Part shown: piece by piece, positions 8,346 to 16,340 of the stretch
How positions within the stretch are numbered: position 1 is the first letter of the stretch
Layout of the letters: every line of letters begins with the position of its first letter
From: a virus
Direction: 5' to 3' (one strand)
Length of the DNA stretch: 33,666 nucleotides
Virus record (IMG/VR): IMGVR_UViG_3300045107_000138
Program-made: the position numbers and the translations under genes
Notes under the pieces: generated by a model
Seen by the model: only the letters and a program-made list of their open reading frames with translations
Database searches by the model: none
What the model was told of the DNA's origin: nothing

Positions 8346-8831
8346 CTACCCCTGCAGCAGCTGCACAATCTCGGCGTAGGTCGGCATCGGCCGGTTCTTG
8401 TCGCGGTACTCGTCGAGCATCCGCGCGAGCTCGGCCAGCTTGCCCTCGGCGCGCAGCGCCCTGGCCTGCCAGCGATCGCGCTCGATCGCCGACACCGCCA
8501 CGACCGGCGACGCCAGCACCGGCGGCGCGCACCCGCCCGCCCCGATCACGTCGAGGTGCTCGCCCTCGGCCGCTTTCGCCCCGGTGGCCGCCGCCCCGGA
8601 CAGCACTTGCCGCGTGCCGTCTTGGCGCATCCGACTGACGACGCCGGCGCGCTCCATCGCTTCCATCAGCATGGCCGCGTGGTTGTAGCCAATCCGCAGG
8701 TGTCGCTGCACCAGCGAGATCGATCCGCGCTTCTTCCGGCGAACGATCTGCACCGCCTCGGCATACATCGGATCGCGCTCGGTGCCGCGGTCCGCGTGCC
8801 CCATCGGCAAAGCCTGCATCACTGCTTCCAT
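8346..8831 (-). CDS. FtsK-gamma-domain (winged-helix) protein with C-terminal coiled coil, 161 aa
   Basis: ATG 8831 is preceded by GAGGGGAAG. YAEAVQIVRRKKRGSISLVQRHLRIGYNHAAMLMEAMERAGVV matches the FtsK/SpoIIIE gamma-domain consensus. Confidence 0.7.
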   Translation of the reverse strand: MEAVMQALPMGHADRGTERDPMYAEAVQIVRRKKRGSISLVQRHLRIGYNHAAMLMEAMERAGVVSRMRQDGTRQVLSGAAATGAKAAEGEHLDVIGAGGCAPPVLASPVVAVSAIERDRWQARALRAEGKLAELARMLDEYRDKNRPMPTYAEIVQLLQG

Positions 8832-8866
8832 CGTCTTCCCCTCGTCCAAACGCGCGCGCGCGACAG

Positions 8867-9479
8867 TTACCCGGCAGAAAGCGCCAACGCTTCCGCCGCC
8901 CTTGTGATGCGCAATTGGTTGTCCGTGCCGCCCTTGAGCACCAGCCGGCAGGCGGCGGGTTCGCCGATCAGCACAGGCGGCGCGACGGGCTGGCCGCTTT
9001 GCCGGTTCTGGGCTTCGAAGCGGCCGATCAGGTGCGGCGGGTACGTCGGGATCTCGCGGCGCATGGCGAAGCCCCGGTACAGGTTCTGGAAGTCGCGGGC
9101 GCGGAACGGGAGCTCGTCCTCGGTCGTCGCGCACAGCTTCACCCAGCCGCCCATGTCGTCGATCGCCCGGTGGATCAGCGGGTCGTCGAACGCCACCGAG
9201 TCGTGGCCGCCCACCCGGCGGATGGCGCGCTCGACCTTGGCCCACGCCTGCAGCGCGGCGTCGCTGCTGGTGCCGCCCAGCATGCGGATCAGGTCGGCCG
9301 GCTTGGGCATGAACTGCCCGGCGTCGGGCGACTTCACGTGGCGATCGAACGCCTGGCGCACGGCGGCCAGGTCGTAGGGCGCCAGCGCGGCCCAGTAGAT
9401 CGCCGTCACGTCCGGCGTGACCTCGCGGCCGTAGACCGCGGCCACGGCCGACAGCATCTGGGCGAAGGCGCCCGAGTCC

Positions 9480-9496
<17 letters not shown>
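8867..9496 (-). CDS. Replication-associated protein, possible helicase loader (G39P-like N-terminal region), 209 aa
   Basis: ATG 9496 (MPLQAKDSGAFAQML). Follows the DUF1376 gene. The pattern ...YWAALAPYDLAAVRQAF...FMPKPADLIRML resembles loader/replisome-organiser proteins. Confidence 0.4.
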
Positions 9497-10228
<732 letters not shown>

Positions 10229-10232
<4 letters not shown>

Positions 10233-10546
10233 GCGGCCACCCGCCACACACGTTCGCTGCGCCCGCTGCCCGTGGTCCGGGTCTTCGGCTTGTCGCCGTC
10301 CATCACGACCTCGACGTGGCCGGCGGCCTCGAGCTCGGGCAGGCGCTTGCGCACGGCGTAGGCGTTCAGCCCGCAGCGATCGCCGATCTGCTCGGCGCCG
10401 GCTTCGCCCAGGTCGCGCAACGCGTTCAGCACCTTGGCGGCCTGCTCGGTCGCCGCCTGGCGCATCGACCGCGCGGCGGCCTTGCTGGTCTCAGGGTCGC
10501 GCCGGCGTGCAGCTGGCGGCGGCAGGTGCAGGGCCAGTTGATCCAT
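10229..10546 (-). CDS. Winged-helix (MarR-like) DNA-binding protein, 105 aa
   Basis: ATG 10546 overlaps the methyltransferase stop (ATGA). AAKVLNALRDLGEAGAEQIGDRCGLNAYAVRKRLPELEAAGHVE is wHTH-like. Confidence 0.55.
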
Positions 10547-11235
10547 CACGCCCCCTCGAACATCGACACCTGCGCCGATTCCGGCGCCTCGGTGATCAGC
10601 CGCGGTTGGCTGGCGACCTCGCGCAGCCGGCGGCATGCGGTTTCGAAGTGCGCCTCGACGAACTCGATTCCGACGAAGCGCCGGCCCATGCGCAGCGCGG
10701 CGACGCCCGTCGTTCCGCTGCCCATGAAGGGATCCAGCACCAGCCCGCCAGCCGGCACGATGCGCACAATGTCGGCCATCAGGTCTTCGGGCTTCTGCGT
10801 CACGTGCTCGCGCTCGGACGGATAGGCGTACTCGAAGAAGCCGGGAAGGCAGCCGACGCCGCGCTCGATCGGCATGGCGCCAGCGCTGCCCCAGACCACG
10901 AACTCGCAGACCGCGCCGAACCGGCCCATCTGCGGCCGGTAGGTCGTCTTCACCCAGGGCACGACGCCGCGCCACACCCAGCCGCCGGCCTGCAGGTAGT
11001 CGGTCGAGATCGGCAGCTGGCGCCAGTCCGTGAAGAAGCACGCCACGGCGCCGGCGTTGCACGCGCGCAGCGCGGCAGCCGACCACAGCGCCGACCAGAA
11101 GTGGAAGCCGCGCTGGTCCCGCGTGTCGCCGCACACGCTCGCCGATCGCCTGCAGCTGCGCCTTGCACCAGTCTTCCAATTGGTAGCCGGTGCCGCGGTA
11201 CGGGCCAAACACGTGCACCCAGGCAATGACGCCAA
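10546..11235 (-). CDS. Beta-class N6/N4 DNA methyltransferase lacking the N-terminal DPPY region (probably 5'-truncated or frameshifted; coding signal begins about 11136)
   Basis: Motif I DPFMGSGTT and HVTQKPEDL are present. No (D/N/S)PP(Y/F) motif is found in any frame upstream. GC3 supports this frame only from about 11136 downward. An in-frame GTG sits at 11136. Confidence 0.6.
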   Translation of the reverse strand: MASLPGCTCLARTAAPATNWKTGARRSCRRSASVCGDTRDQRGFHFWSALWSAAALRACNAGAVACFFTDWRQLPISTDYLQAGGWVWRGVVPWVKTTYRPQMGRFGAVCEFVVWGSAGAMPIERGVGCLPGFFEYAYPSEREHVTQKPEDLMADIVRIVPAGGLVLDPFMGSGTTGVAALRMGRRFVGIEFVEAHFETACRRLREVASQPRLITEAPESAQVSMFEGA

Positions 11236-11380
11236 GGCGCTGGTGCGTCAGCACACGGCTGCGCGGTTGCTTCGTGCGGCCGACCTTCACGCTGCCGTCG
11301 GCAAAGCCCACGAGATAGATGCAGAACTGGTGATCGCCGACCACGGGGTAGATCAGCCGGCGTTTCTTGTGCGCGCCCAT
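11137..11380 (-). CDS. T5orf172/GIY-YIG-like domain ORF (about 81 codons of coding signal; no in-frame stop until 10229)
   Basis: MGAHKKRRLIYPVVGDHQFCIYLVGFADGSVKVGRTKQPRSRVLTHQR...GYQLEDWCKAQLQAIGERV resembles T5orf172/MUG113 domains. GC3 collapses in this frame after about 11136. Confidence 0.45.
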
Positions 11381-11385
11381 TGCGA

Positions 11386-11637
11386 TCAGTTCGCTGCCTC
11401 AGGTGCCGCTTGATCCCGAAGAACGTCCCACGCCACGTCCGGCCGCAGTTCCTCGCACCGGACCTTGCCGTCGGTAGCGCGCTCGATCAGCGGGCACCGC
11501 TCGGCAGGCAGCGGGCGCTCGCCGCGCAGCCACTGGGACATCGCTTGAGGAGTGACGCCAATAAGGCGCGCGAGCTGCGACTGACCACCGACGGCCTCAC
11601 AGGCTCGACCAAGGGGGGAACTGTTCGCTTGGTTCAT
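11386..11637 (-). CDS. Cro/YdaS-like HTH regulator, 83 aa
   Basis: ATG 11637 (MNQANSSPLGRACEAVGGQSQLARLIGVTPQAMSQWLRGERPLPAERCPLIERATDGKVRCEELRPD). Divergent from the CI-like gene across an operator-containing spacer. Confidence 0.7.
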   Translation of the reverse strand: MNQANSSPLGRACEAVGGQSQLARLIGVTPQAMSQWLRGERPLPAERCPLIERATDGKVRCEELRPDVAWDVLRDQAAPEAAN

Positions 11638-11644
11638 AAAGCGA

Positions 11645-11683
11645 ACGGTAAAGCATTGCTTTGGCTTGGTCAAGCATTGCGTT
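11645..11683 (-). promoter_or_regulatory. Leftward early promoter with two operators (minus strand: AATGCTTGACC-N7-AGCAATGCTTTACCGT)
   Basis: -35 TTGACC (11673-11668), 17-nt spacer, -10 TACCGT (11650-11645). The 13-bp perfect palindrome AAAGCATTGCTTT lies at 11650-11662 and a second AAGCATTGC copy at 11672-11680. Only 7 nt separate the -10 from the cro ATG. Confidence 0.55.
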
Positions 11684-11707
11684 CGGGTGGGGAATACCCC
11701 GAGACTC

Positions 11708-11718
11708 AAGCAATGCTT
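11708..11718. promoter_or_regulatory. Third operator copy AAGCAATGCTT (5-1-5 palindrome) centred on the CI-like start codon
   Basis: Read directly. The ATG at 11713-11715 lies at the palindrome centre. Confidence 0.45.
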
Positions 11719-12144
11719 ACTGACTCAGAGCGCGTCGCCGAACGCCTGCGCGCTGCCCTGCTCGACAGCAAGGTCAGCGACGTGCAGCTAGCGAGCGAGT
11801 GCGGGGTAACCAAGCAGGCAATCACCGGATGGAAGAAAACCGGGCGCATTGCCAAGAAGCACCTGCCGACAGTCGCCGCGCTCACACACAAGCCGGTCGA
11901 GTATTTCTTGCTTCAGGAAGTCGATCACATCAAGCCGGCGAAGCCCAGCGCCAGCGACGGACCCGCCAACGCGCTGACGCTCAACGCGCTCGAGCACCAG
12001 CTGCTGGCTTTCTTCCGGGGAATGTCCGCGGATCACCGGGACGACCTGATCGTGCTTGCCAATCGCTGGTTCATCCACGACAACCCGGGGCCGCCATCGG
12101 TCGCCGACCCCTATCCCAAGCAACGCAAGAAAGCCAAGGCATGA
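11713..12144 (+). CDS. CI-like XRE-family HTH repressor, 143 aa, no S24 peptidase domain
   Basis: MLTDSERVAERLRAALLDSKVSDVQLASECGVTKQAITGWKKTGRIAKKHLPTVAALTHKPVEYFL is a classic XRE HTH. It is divergent from the cro-like gene. Confidence 0.7.
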   Translation: MLTDSERVAERLRAALLDSKVSDVQLASECGVTKQAITGWKKTGRIAKKHLPTVAALTHKPVEYFLLQEVDHIKPAKPSASDGPANALTLNALEHQLLAFFRGMSADHRDDLIVLANRWFIHDNPGPPSVADPYPKQRKKAKA

Positions 12145-12539
12145 GAGCCCTGCTAGTCCTGCTGCTGCTGGCTGGCTGCGCCAGCCCCCAAGCCGACCGA
12201 CACGACCAGATGCACGCGGTGATGGCCGACGTGATGCTGCCGTGGAAAGGCGCAACCATCGAAGAAGTGTCGGCCCGCTGGGGTCCGCCGGCCAGCAGCC
12301 AGAAAGTAGGCACGCTGACGTGGTACACGTGGCGCGACAGCGGCCAGCAGGCGACGCCGGCCGTTGCCGTCACCAATGCCGGCATCACAACGATCGCGCC
12401 TAGCCAGGTGATCGCGCTGAACTGCAGTCGCCAACTGGCGGTCGACGACAAAGGGCTCGTCGTGCATGGTCGATGGGAGGGCAACGCCTGCCCTACCCGC
12501 GCCGACGTGCCCGCGGTCCAGTCCTGGCGCCGCCGGTAA
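12141..12539 (+). CDS. Lipoprotein (BamE/SmpA-OmlA-like), 132 aa, co-transcribed with the repressor
   Basis: ATG 12141 overlaps the repressor stop (ATGA). Signal peptide MRALLVLLLLAGC carries an LAGC lipobox. GATIEEVSARWGPP...TLTWYTW resembles SmpA/OmlA. Confidence 0.75.
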   Translation: MRALLVLLLLAGCASPQADRHDQMHAVMADVMLPWKGATIEEVSARWGPPASSQKVGTLTWYTWRDSGQQATPAVAVTNAGITTIAPSQVIALNCSRQLAVDDKGLVVHGRWEGNACPTRADVPAVQSWRRR

Positions 12540-12558
12540 GCCCCTGAACTGAAAAGCC

Positions 12559-12582
12559 AGCCCGCCTTGCGCGGGCTTTTTT
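12559..12582 (+). terminator. Rho-independent terminator after the repressor-lipoprotein operon
   Basis: Stem AGCCCGC (12559-12565) / GCGGGCT (12571-12577), loop CTTGC, then a run of six T. Confidence 0.7.
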
Positions 12583-12595
12583 CCGCCCTTTGGTA

Positions 12596-12633
12596 AACCA
12601 ATGCTTGACTTCTTATCAGCAATGCTTTACCTT
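12596..12633 (+). promoter_or_regulatory. Rightward early promoter with two operators (AATGCTTGACT-N7-AGCAATGCTTTACCTT)
   Basis: -35 TTGACT (12605-12610), 17-nt spacer, -10 TACCTT (12628-12633). Operator-like copies lie at 12596-12606 and 12617-12628. The module is nearly identical to the one at 11645-11683 on the other strand. Confidence 0.55.
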
Positions 12634-12667
12634 TCACCCAACAACAACACCGCGAAGGGTTCCCCGT

Positions 12668-13021
12668 ATGACCGCCGTCAGCCTGCAGCACCTGGCCGCC
12701 ATCGAAGACGCCGAGCACGCCGACCGCGCGCAGCGCCGGCGCGAGGCGATCGACCGCGACGAACTGCACCTGCTCGCGTGCATCCGCGGCGAGCGGCGCG
12801 ACCTGACGCTCGACGGCACGGTCGACCTGCTGAACGTCGGCGATGAAGTCGCCAACGTGGCGCTCGACGACGCCGACGGGCTGCGCAAGCTGGTCCGCGC
12901 GTGGGCCACCCGCCCGGCCGATCCGATGGCGGTCTACGACGCCGCCCGCGAACTGTTCGACGCGGCGCTCGAGCGCGTCGCCGTGTCCCGCCTGCCCGGC
13001 CACCTGCGGGACGCGGAATGA
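12668..13021 (+). CDS. Hypothetical acidic protein, 117 aa; first gene of the rightward early operon
   Basis: ATG 12668 with GAAGGG upstream. By my count 24 Asp+Glu against 16 Arg+Lys. No motif recognised. Confidence 0.55.
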   Translation: MTAVSLQHLAAIEDAEHADRAQRRREAIDRDELHLLACIRGERRDLTLDGTVDLLNVGDEVANVALDDADGLRKLVRAWATRPADPMAVYDAARELFDAALERVAVSRLPGHLRDAE

Positions 13022-13119
13022 ACCGCCGCATCGACTGGAACACCGTGGCGCTGCTGGCCGTCTGGATCGCCGGCAGCCTCGTGTGCTTCGCGCTGGTCAT
13101 CGAGGAACTGGCCCGATGA
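13018..13119 (+). CDS. Tiny single-TM protein, 33 aa
   Basis: ATGA overlaps at both ends. MNRRIDWNTVALLAVWIAGSLVCFALVIEELAR. Confidence 0.4.
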   Translation: MNRRIDWNTVALLAVWIAGSLVCFALVIEELAR

Positions 13120-13277
13120 ACCTCGTGAACGCCTGCATCGCCGTGCTGGCCTTCGCGTTCTGGCGCCTCGTCGCGCTGAACGCCGGCCCGCGGCACCCCG
13201 CCTACCTGCACGCCACCTGGCGCGCGCACATCAACGCCATGACCTTTCACCGCTTCATCACTGGAGAGACGCAATGA
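13116..13277 (+). CDS. Small membrane protein, 53 aa
   Basis: ATGA overlaps at both ends. MNLVNACIAVLAFAFWRLVALNAG... Confidence 0.45.
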   Translation: MNLVNACIAVLAFAFWRLVALNAGPRHPAYLHATWRAHINAMTFHRFITGETQ

Positions 13278-14227
13278 ACGCACCCGTCGAAGGCTCGCTC
13301 GTCGAGAGCGAAGGCCGCGAACTGTCCACGCAGGTCAGCAGCACCGACCTGGCCGCCGATCCTGAACTGAACCAGCGCGTGGCGCTCGCCAAGCGCCACC
13401 CGCGCAGCATTACCACGTTCATGCGCGAGGCGCGCCAGCTGGTCACGCTGAACGAGGCGATCGCGCAGGCGTGCATCTACGCGCTGAAACGCGACAACAA
13501 GGTGATCGAGGGGCCGTCGGCCCGGTTCGCCGAAGTGATCCTCTACGCGTGGGGCAACTGCCAGGCGGGCGCCCGCATCGTCGGCGAAGGGCAGGAGTTC
13601 GTCACCGCCCGCGGCATGTTCCGCGACCTCGAGCGGCTGGTCGATATCCAGTTCGACGTGCCGCGCCGGATCACCGGGAAGAACGGCACGCGCTACAGCG
13701 CCGACATGATCGGGGTCACGGCCAACGCCGCAGGGTCGATCGCGCTGCGCAACGCGATCCTCAAGGGCATCCCCAAGGCGTTCTGGGAACCGCTGTATCA
13801 GGAAGCCCGGCGCATCGTGGCCGGCGACGCGACCACGCTCGCCAGCAAGCGCCAGGAAGCGATCAAGGCGTTCGCCATCTACGGCATCACCAAGGAGCAG
13901 ATCTTCGCCAAGCTGGGCCGCGCGGGTCTGGCCGACGTGACGGTCGACGACCTCGTGATCCTGTTCGGCCTGCTGACCGCCATCAAGGAAGGCGACACCA
14001 CGCCCGAGCAGGCGTTCGCCACCGACGACGCGGCGGCCAGCGTCAGCAAGTCGACCGCGCTGCCGCCGTACCCCGCCGAGAAATTCGCCAACACGCTGCC
14101 CGCCTGGCGCCAGCAGGTGGCCGCCGGCAGCAAGCCGGCCGACCTGCTCGCCATGCTCGGCACGAAATACACCCTGACCGCCGAGCAGCGCGCGGCGATC
14201 GAAGCCCTCGCCAACCCGACCACGTAG
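13274..14227 (+). CDS. Putative single-strand annealing protein (phage recombinase partner of the YqaJ exonuclease), 317 aa
   Basis: Lies immediately upstream of the YqaJ-type exonuclease in a NinB/SSB recombination cluster. The family cannot be assigned by eye; it is not obviously RecT, Red-beta or Erf. Confidence 0.5.
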   Translation: MNAPVEGSLVESEGRELSTQVSSTDLAADPELNQRVALAKRHPRSITTFMREARQLVTLNEAIAQACIYALKRDNKVIEGPSARFAEVILYAWGNCQAGARIVGEGQEFVTARGMFRDLERLVDIQFDVPRRITGKNGTRYSADMIGVTANAAGSIALRNAILKGIPKAFWEPLYQEARRIVAGDATTLASKRQEAIKAFAIYGITKEQIFAKLGRAGLADVTVDDLVILFGLLTAIKEGDTTPEQAFATDDAAASVSKSTALPPYPAEKFANTLPAWRQQVAAGSKPADLLAMLGTKYTLTAEQRAAIEALANPTT

Positions 14228-14237
14228 AGAGGAAGCC

Positions 14238-15935
14238 ATGCAAGTTCACAACGTCACCCAAGGCAGCCCCGAGTGGCACGCCCTGCGCGCTCGTCATTTC
14301 TGTGCGAGCGAAGCGCCGGCCATGATGGGTTGCTCGCCCTACCTAGCGCGCACCGCGCTGCTGCAGCAGAAGAAGACCGGCGTCGCGCCCGAAGTCGACG
14401 CCGGCACGCAGCGCCGCTTCGATGACGGGCACGCGGCCGAGGCGACCTATCGCGGCATCGCTGAACAGGTGATCGGCGACGACCTGTTCCCGGTCACCGG
14501 CTCCCGGGATGTCGACGGGCTGCCGCTGCTCGCCAGCTTCGACGGGCTGACCATGGACTGGCAGACCGGCTACGAGCACAAGCTCTACAACGCCGACACC
14601 GTGGGCTACATGCTCGACCACGACGAGCCGCCCATGCACCACGTCTGGCAACTCGAGCACCAGCTGCTGGTTGCAGGCGCGACGCGAATCCTGTTCGCGT
14701 GCAGCAATGGTGCGGCGGGCCAGCATTGCTTCTACGAGTCCAAGCCCGAGCGCCGCGAGCGACTGCTCGCCGGATGGCGCCAGTTCGCCGCCGACCTGGC
14801 CGACTACGTGCCGCCCGAGATCGTCGAGCCCGTGACGCCGACCCACGTCGAGTCGCTGCCCGCCGTGTCGGTGCGGGTCGAGGGCTCGCTCGCCGTGATC
14901 TCGAACCTCGACGCGTTCGGCACGCGGCTGCGCGCGTTCATCGACTCGGTGCCCACCAAGCCCAGCACCGATCAAGAGTTCGCCGACGCCGAGAACGCGT
15001 GCAAGGTGCTGCAGAAGGCGCAAGACGCGCTCGAGCAGGCCGAGGCCGCGGCGCTGTCGCAAACGGCCGACATCGAGCAGATGCGCCGCACCGTGGCCGA
15101 CTACGCCGGGCTGGCCCGCAACACCCGGCTGATGCTCGAGAAGGTCGTCAAGGCGCGCAAGGAACAGGTGCGGGTCGAGATCGTGACCGAGGGCCAGACC
15201 ACCCTGCAGCAGCACGTCGCCGCGCTGAACGCCCGGCTCGGCAAGCCCTACATGCCGTCGATCCCGGCCGACTTCGGCGGCGCCATCAAGGGCAAGAAGA
15301 CGCTCGCCAGCATCCGGGAAGCGGTCAACGTGGTGCTGACCAACGCCAAGCTGCAGGCCAACGAGATCGCCGACCGCATTCAGGTGAACCTCGCCGCGCT
15401 GCGCGAGCACGCTAGCGGCCACGCGTTCCTGTTCCCCGACACCGCGGCGATCGTGCAGAAGGCGCCCGACGACCTGCTGGCGCTGGTGAAGTCGCGGATC
15501 AGCGACCACCAGGCGGCCGAGGCGCGGCGACTCGAAGCCGAGCGCGAGCGCATCCGCCAGGAGGAACAGCAGCGGGCGCAGCGCGAGCTCGAGCAGCGCC
15601 AGGCCGCCGAGCGCGCGGCCGCCGCGGCAGCCGCAACGCCAGCCCCGGCACCCGCGCCGGCACCCTCGCCCGCCCCGGCCCCGGCCACCGCGCCCACGCT
15701 GGTGAACTCGGCGCCCGTCGAGCCGACCGCGCCGGCGCGGCTGATGAAGCTCGGCGACATCACGGCCGCGATCGGCCTGCCGCTGACCGCCGACGTGCTC
15801 GCCGACCTCGGTTTCCTGCCGGCCAGCACCGAGCGCGGCGCCAAGCTGTACCGGGCCGCCGACTTCCCGATGATCTGCAGCGCGCTGGTGGCCCGCATCA
15901 ACGCCGCGGCCGCCGCCTTCAAGGAAGCCGCGTAG
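14238..15935 (+). CDS. YqaJ-like (lambda Exo-type PD-(D/E)XK) exonuclease with a long coiled-coil / Pro-Ala-rich C-terminal extension, 565 aa
   Basis: N-terminus VTQGSPEWHALRARHFCASEAPAMMG is the YqaJ signature. About 360 further residues include a PAPAPAPAPSPAPAPA tract. Confidence 0.75.
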   Translation: MQVHNVTQGSPEWHALRARHFCASEAPAMMGCSPYLARTALLQQKKTGVAPEVDAGTQRRFDDGHAAEATYRGIAEQVIGDDLFPVTGSRDVDGLPLLASFDGLTMDWQTGYEHKLYNADTVGYMLDHDEPPMHHVWQLEHQLLVAGATRILFACSNGAAGQHCFYESKPERRERLLAGWRQFAADLADYVPPEIVEPVTPTHVESLPAVSVRVEGSLAVISNLDAFGTRLRAFIDSVPTKPSTDQEFADAENACKVLQKAQDALEQAEAAALSQTADIEQMRRTVADYAGLARNTRLMLEKVVKARKEQVRVEIVTEGQTTLQQHVAALNARLGKPYMPSIPADFGGAIKGKKTLASIREAVNVVLTNAKLQANEIADRIQVNLAALREHASGHAFLFPDTAAIVQKAPDDLLALVKSRISDHQAAEARRLEAERERIRQEEQQRAQRELEQRQAAERAAAAAAATPAPAPAPAPSPAPAPATAPTLVNSAPVEPTAPARLMKLGDITAAIGLPLTADVLADLGFLPASTERGAKLYRAADFPMICSALVARINAAAAAFKEAA

Positions 15936-15938
15936 ACG

Positions 15939-16325
15939 ATGGACCGCGTGTTCGTGCTCCGCTCGGAACAGCATGCCGCCCAGCTGCATGCGTTCCTCAA
16001 GCAGAACGCCAAGCCGATGGCCGCCCAAGGTCGGCCGCTGGCGGTGCACGTCACCGAGCACAAGGCGAAGCGGAGCACCGAACAGAACCGCCTGCTCTGG
16101 GCCACCCTGAACCAGATCGCCGAAGGCGCCTGGCTGGGCGGCCGGCAGTTCAGCGCGGACAGCTGGCACGAGTTCTACAAGCGCAAGTTCATCGGCTGCG
16201 AGGAACTGCCCGACGGCTCCCAGGTGGGGATCTCGACCACCACGCTGTCGGTCGGCGAGTTCAGCGACTACATCGAGCGCATCCGGCAGCACGCCGCGAC
16301 CGAGCTCGGCATCGAATTGATCTAG
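15939..16325 (+). CDS. ninB: NinB/Orf-family recombination mediator, 128 aa
   Basis: KRSTEQNRLLWATLNQIAEGAW...SADSWHEFY and STTTLSVGEFSDYIERIRQHA align with lambda NinB RSLDQNRKLWACLGDVS...DAESWKCVF and STSRMRVGEFAELLELIQAF. Confidence 0.8.
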   Translation: MDRVFVLRSEQHAAQLHAFLKQNAKPMAAQGRPLAVHVTEHKAKRSTEQNRLLWATLNQIAEGAWLGGRQFSADSWHEFYKRKFIGCEELPDGSQVGISTTTLSVGEFSDYIERIRQHAATELGIELI

Positions 16326-16340
16326 CAGAGGGGAAGGCAA

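Noticed and set aside
11799-12140. N-terminal extension of the lipoprotein ORF (246-aa version)
   Set aside because: It overlaps the CI-like gene in another frame with junk composition. The signal peptide and lipobox start exactly at ATG 12141, which overlaps the CI stop.
15620-15700. Repetitive GC-rich tract (gccccggcacccgcgccggcaccctcgcc...) as a possible regulatory or CRISPR-like repeat
   Set aside because: It is an in-frame, imperfect repeat that simply encodes a Pro-Ala linker in the YqaJ-extension protein. There is no spacer-repeat architecture.
14343-16340. 665-aa minus-strand ORF opposite the YqaJ/NinB genes
   Set aside because: It is the antisense shadow of clearly recognisable plus-strand genes (YqaJ signature, NinB alignment). 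The translation is low-complexity and Arg/Gly/Leu-rich.
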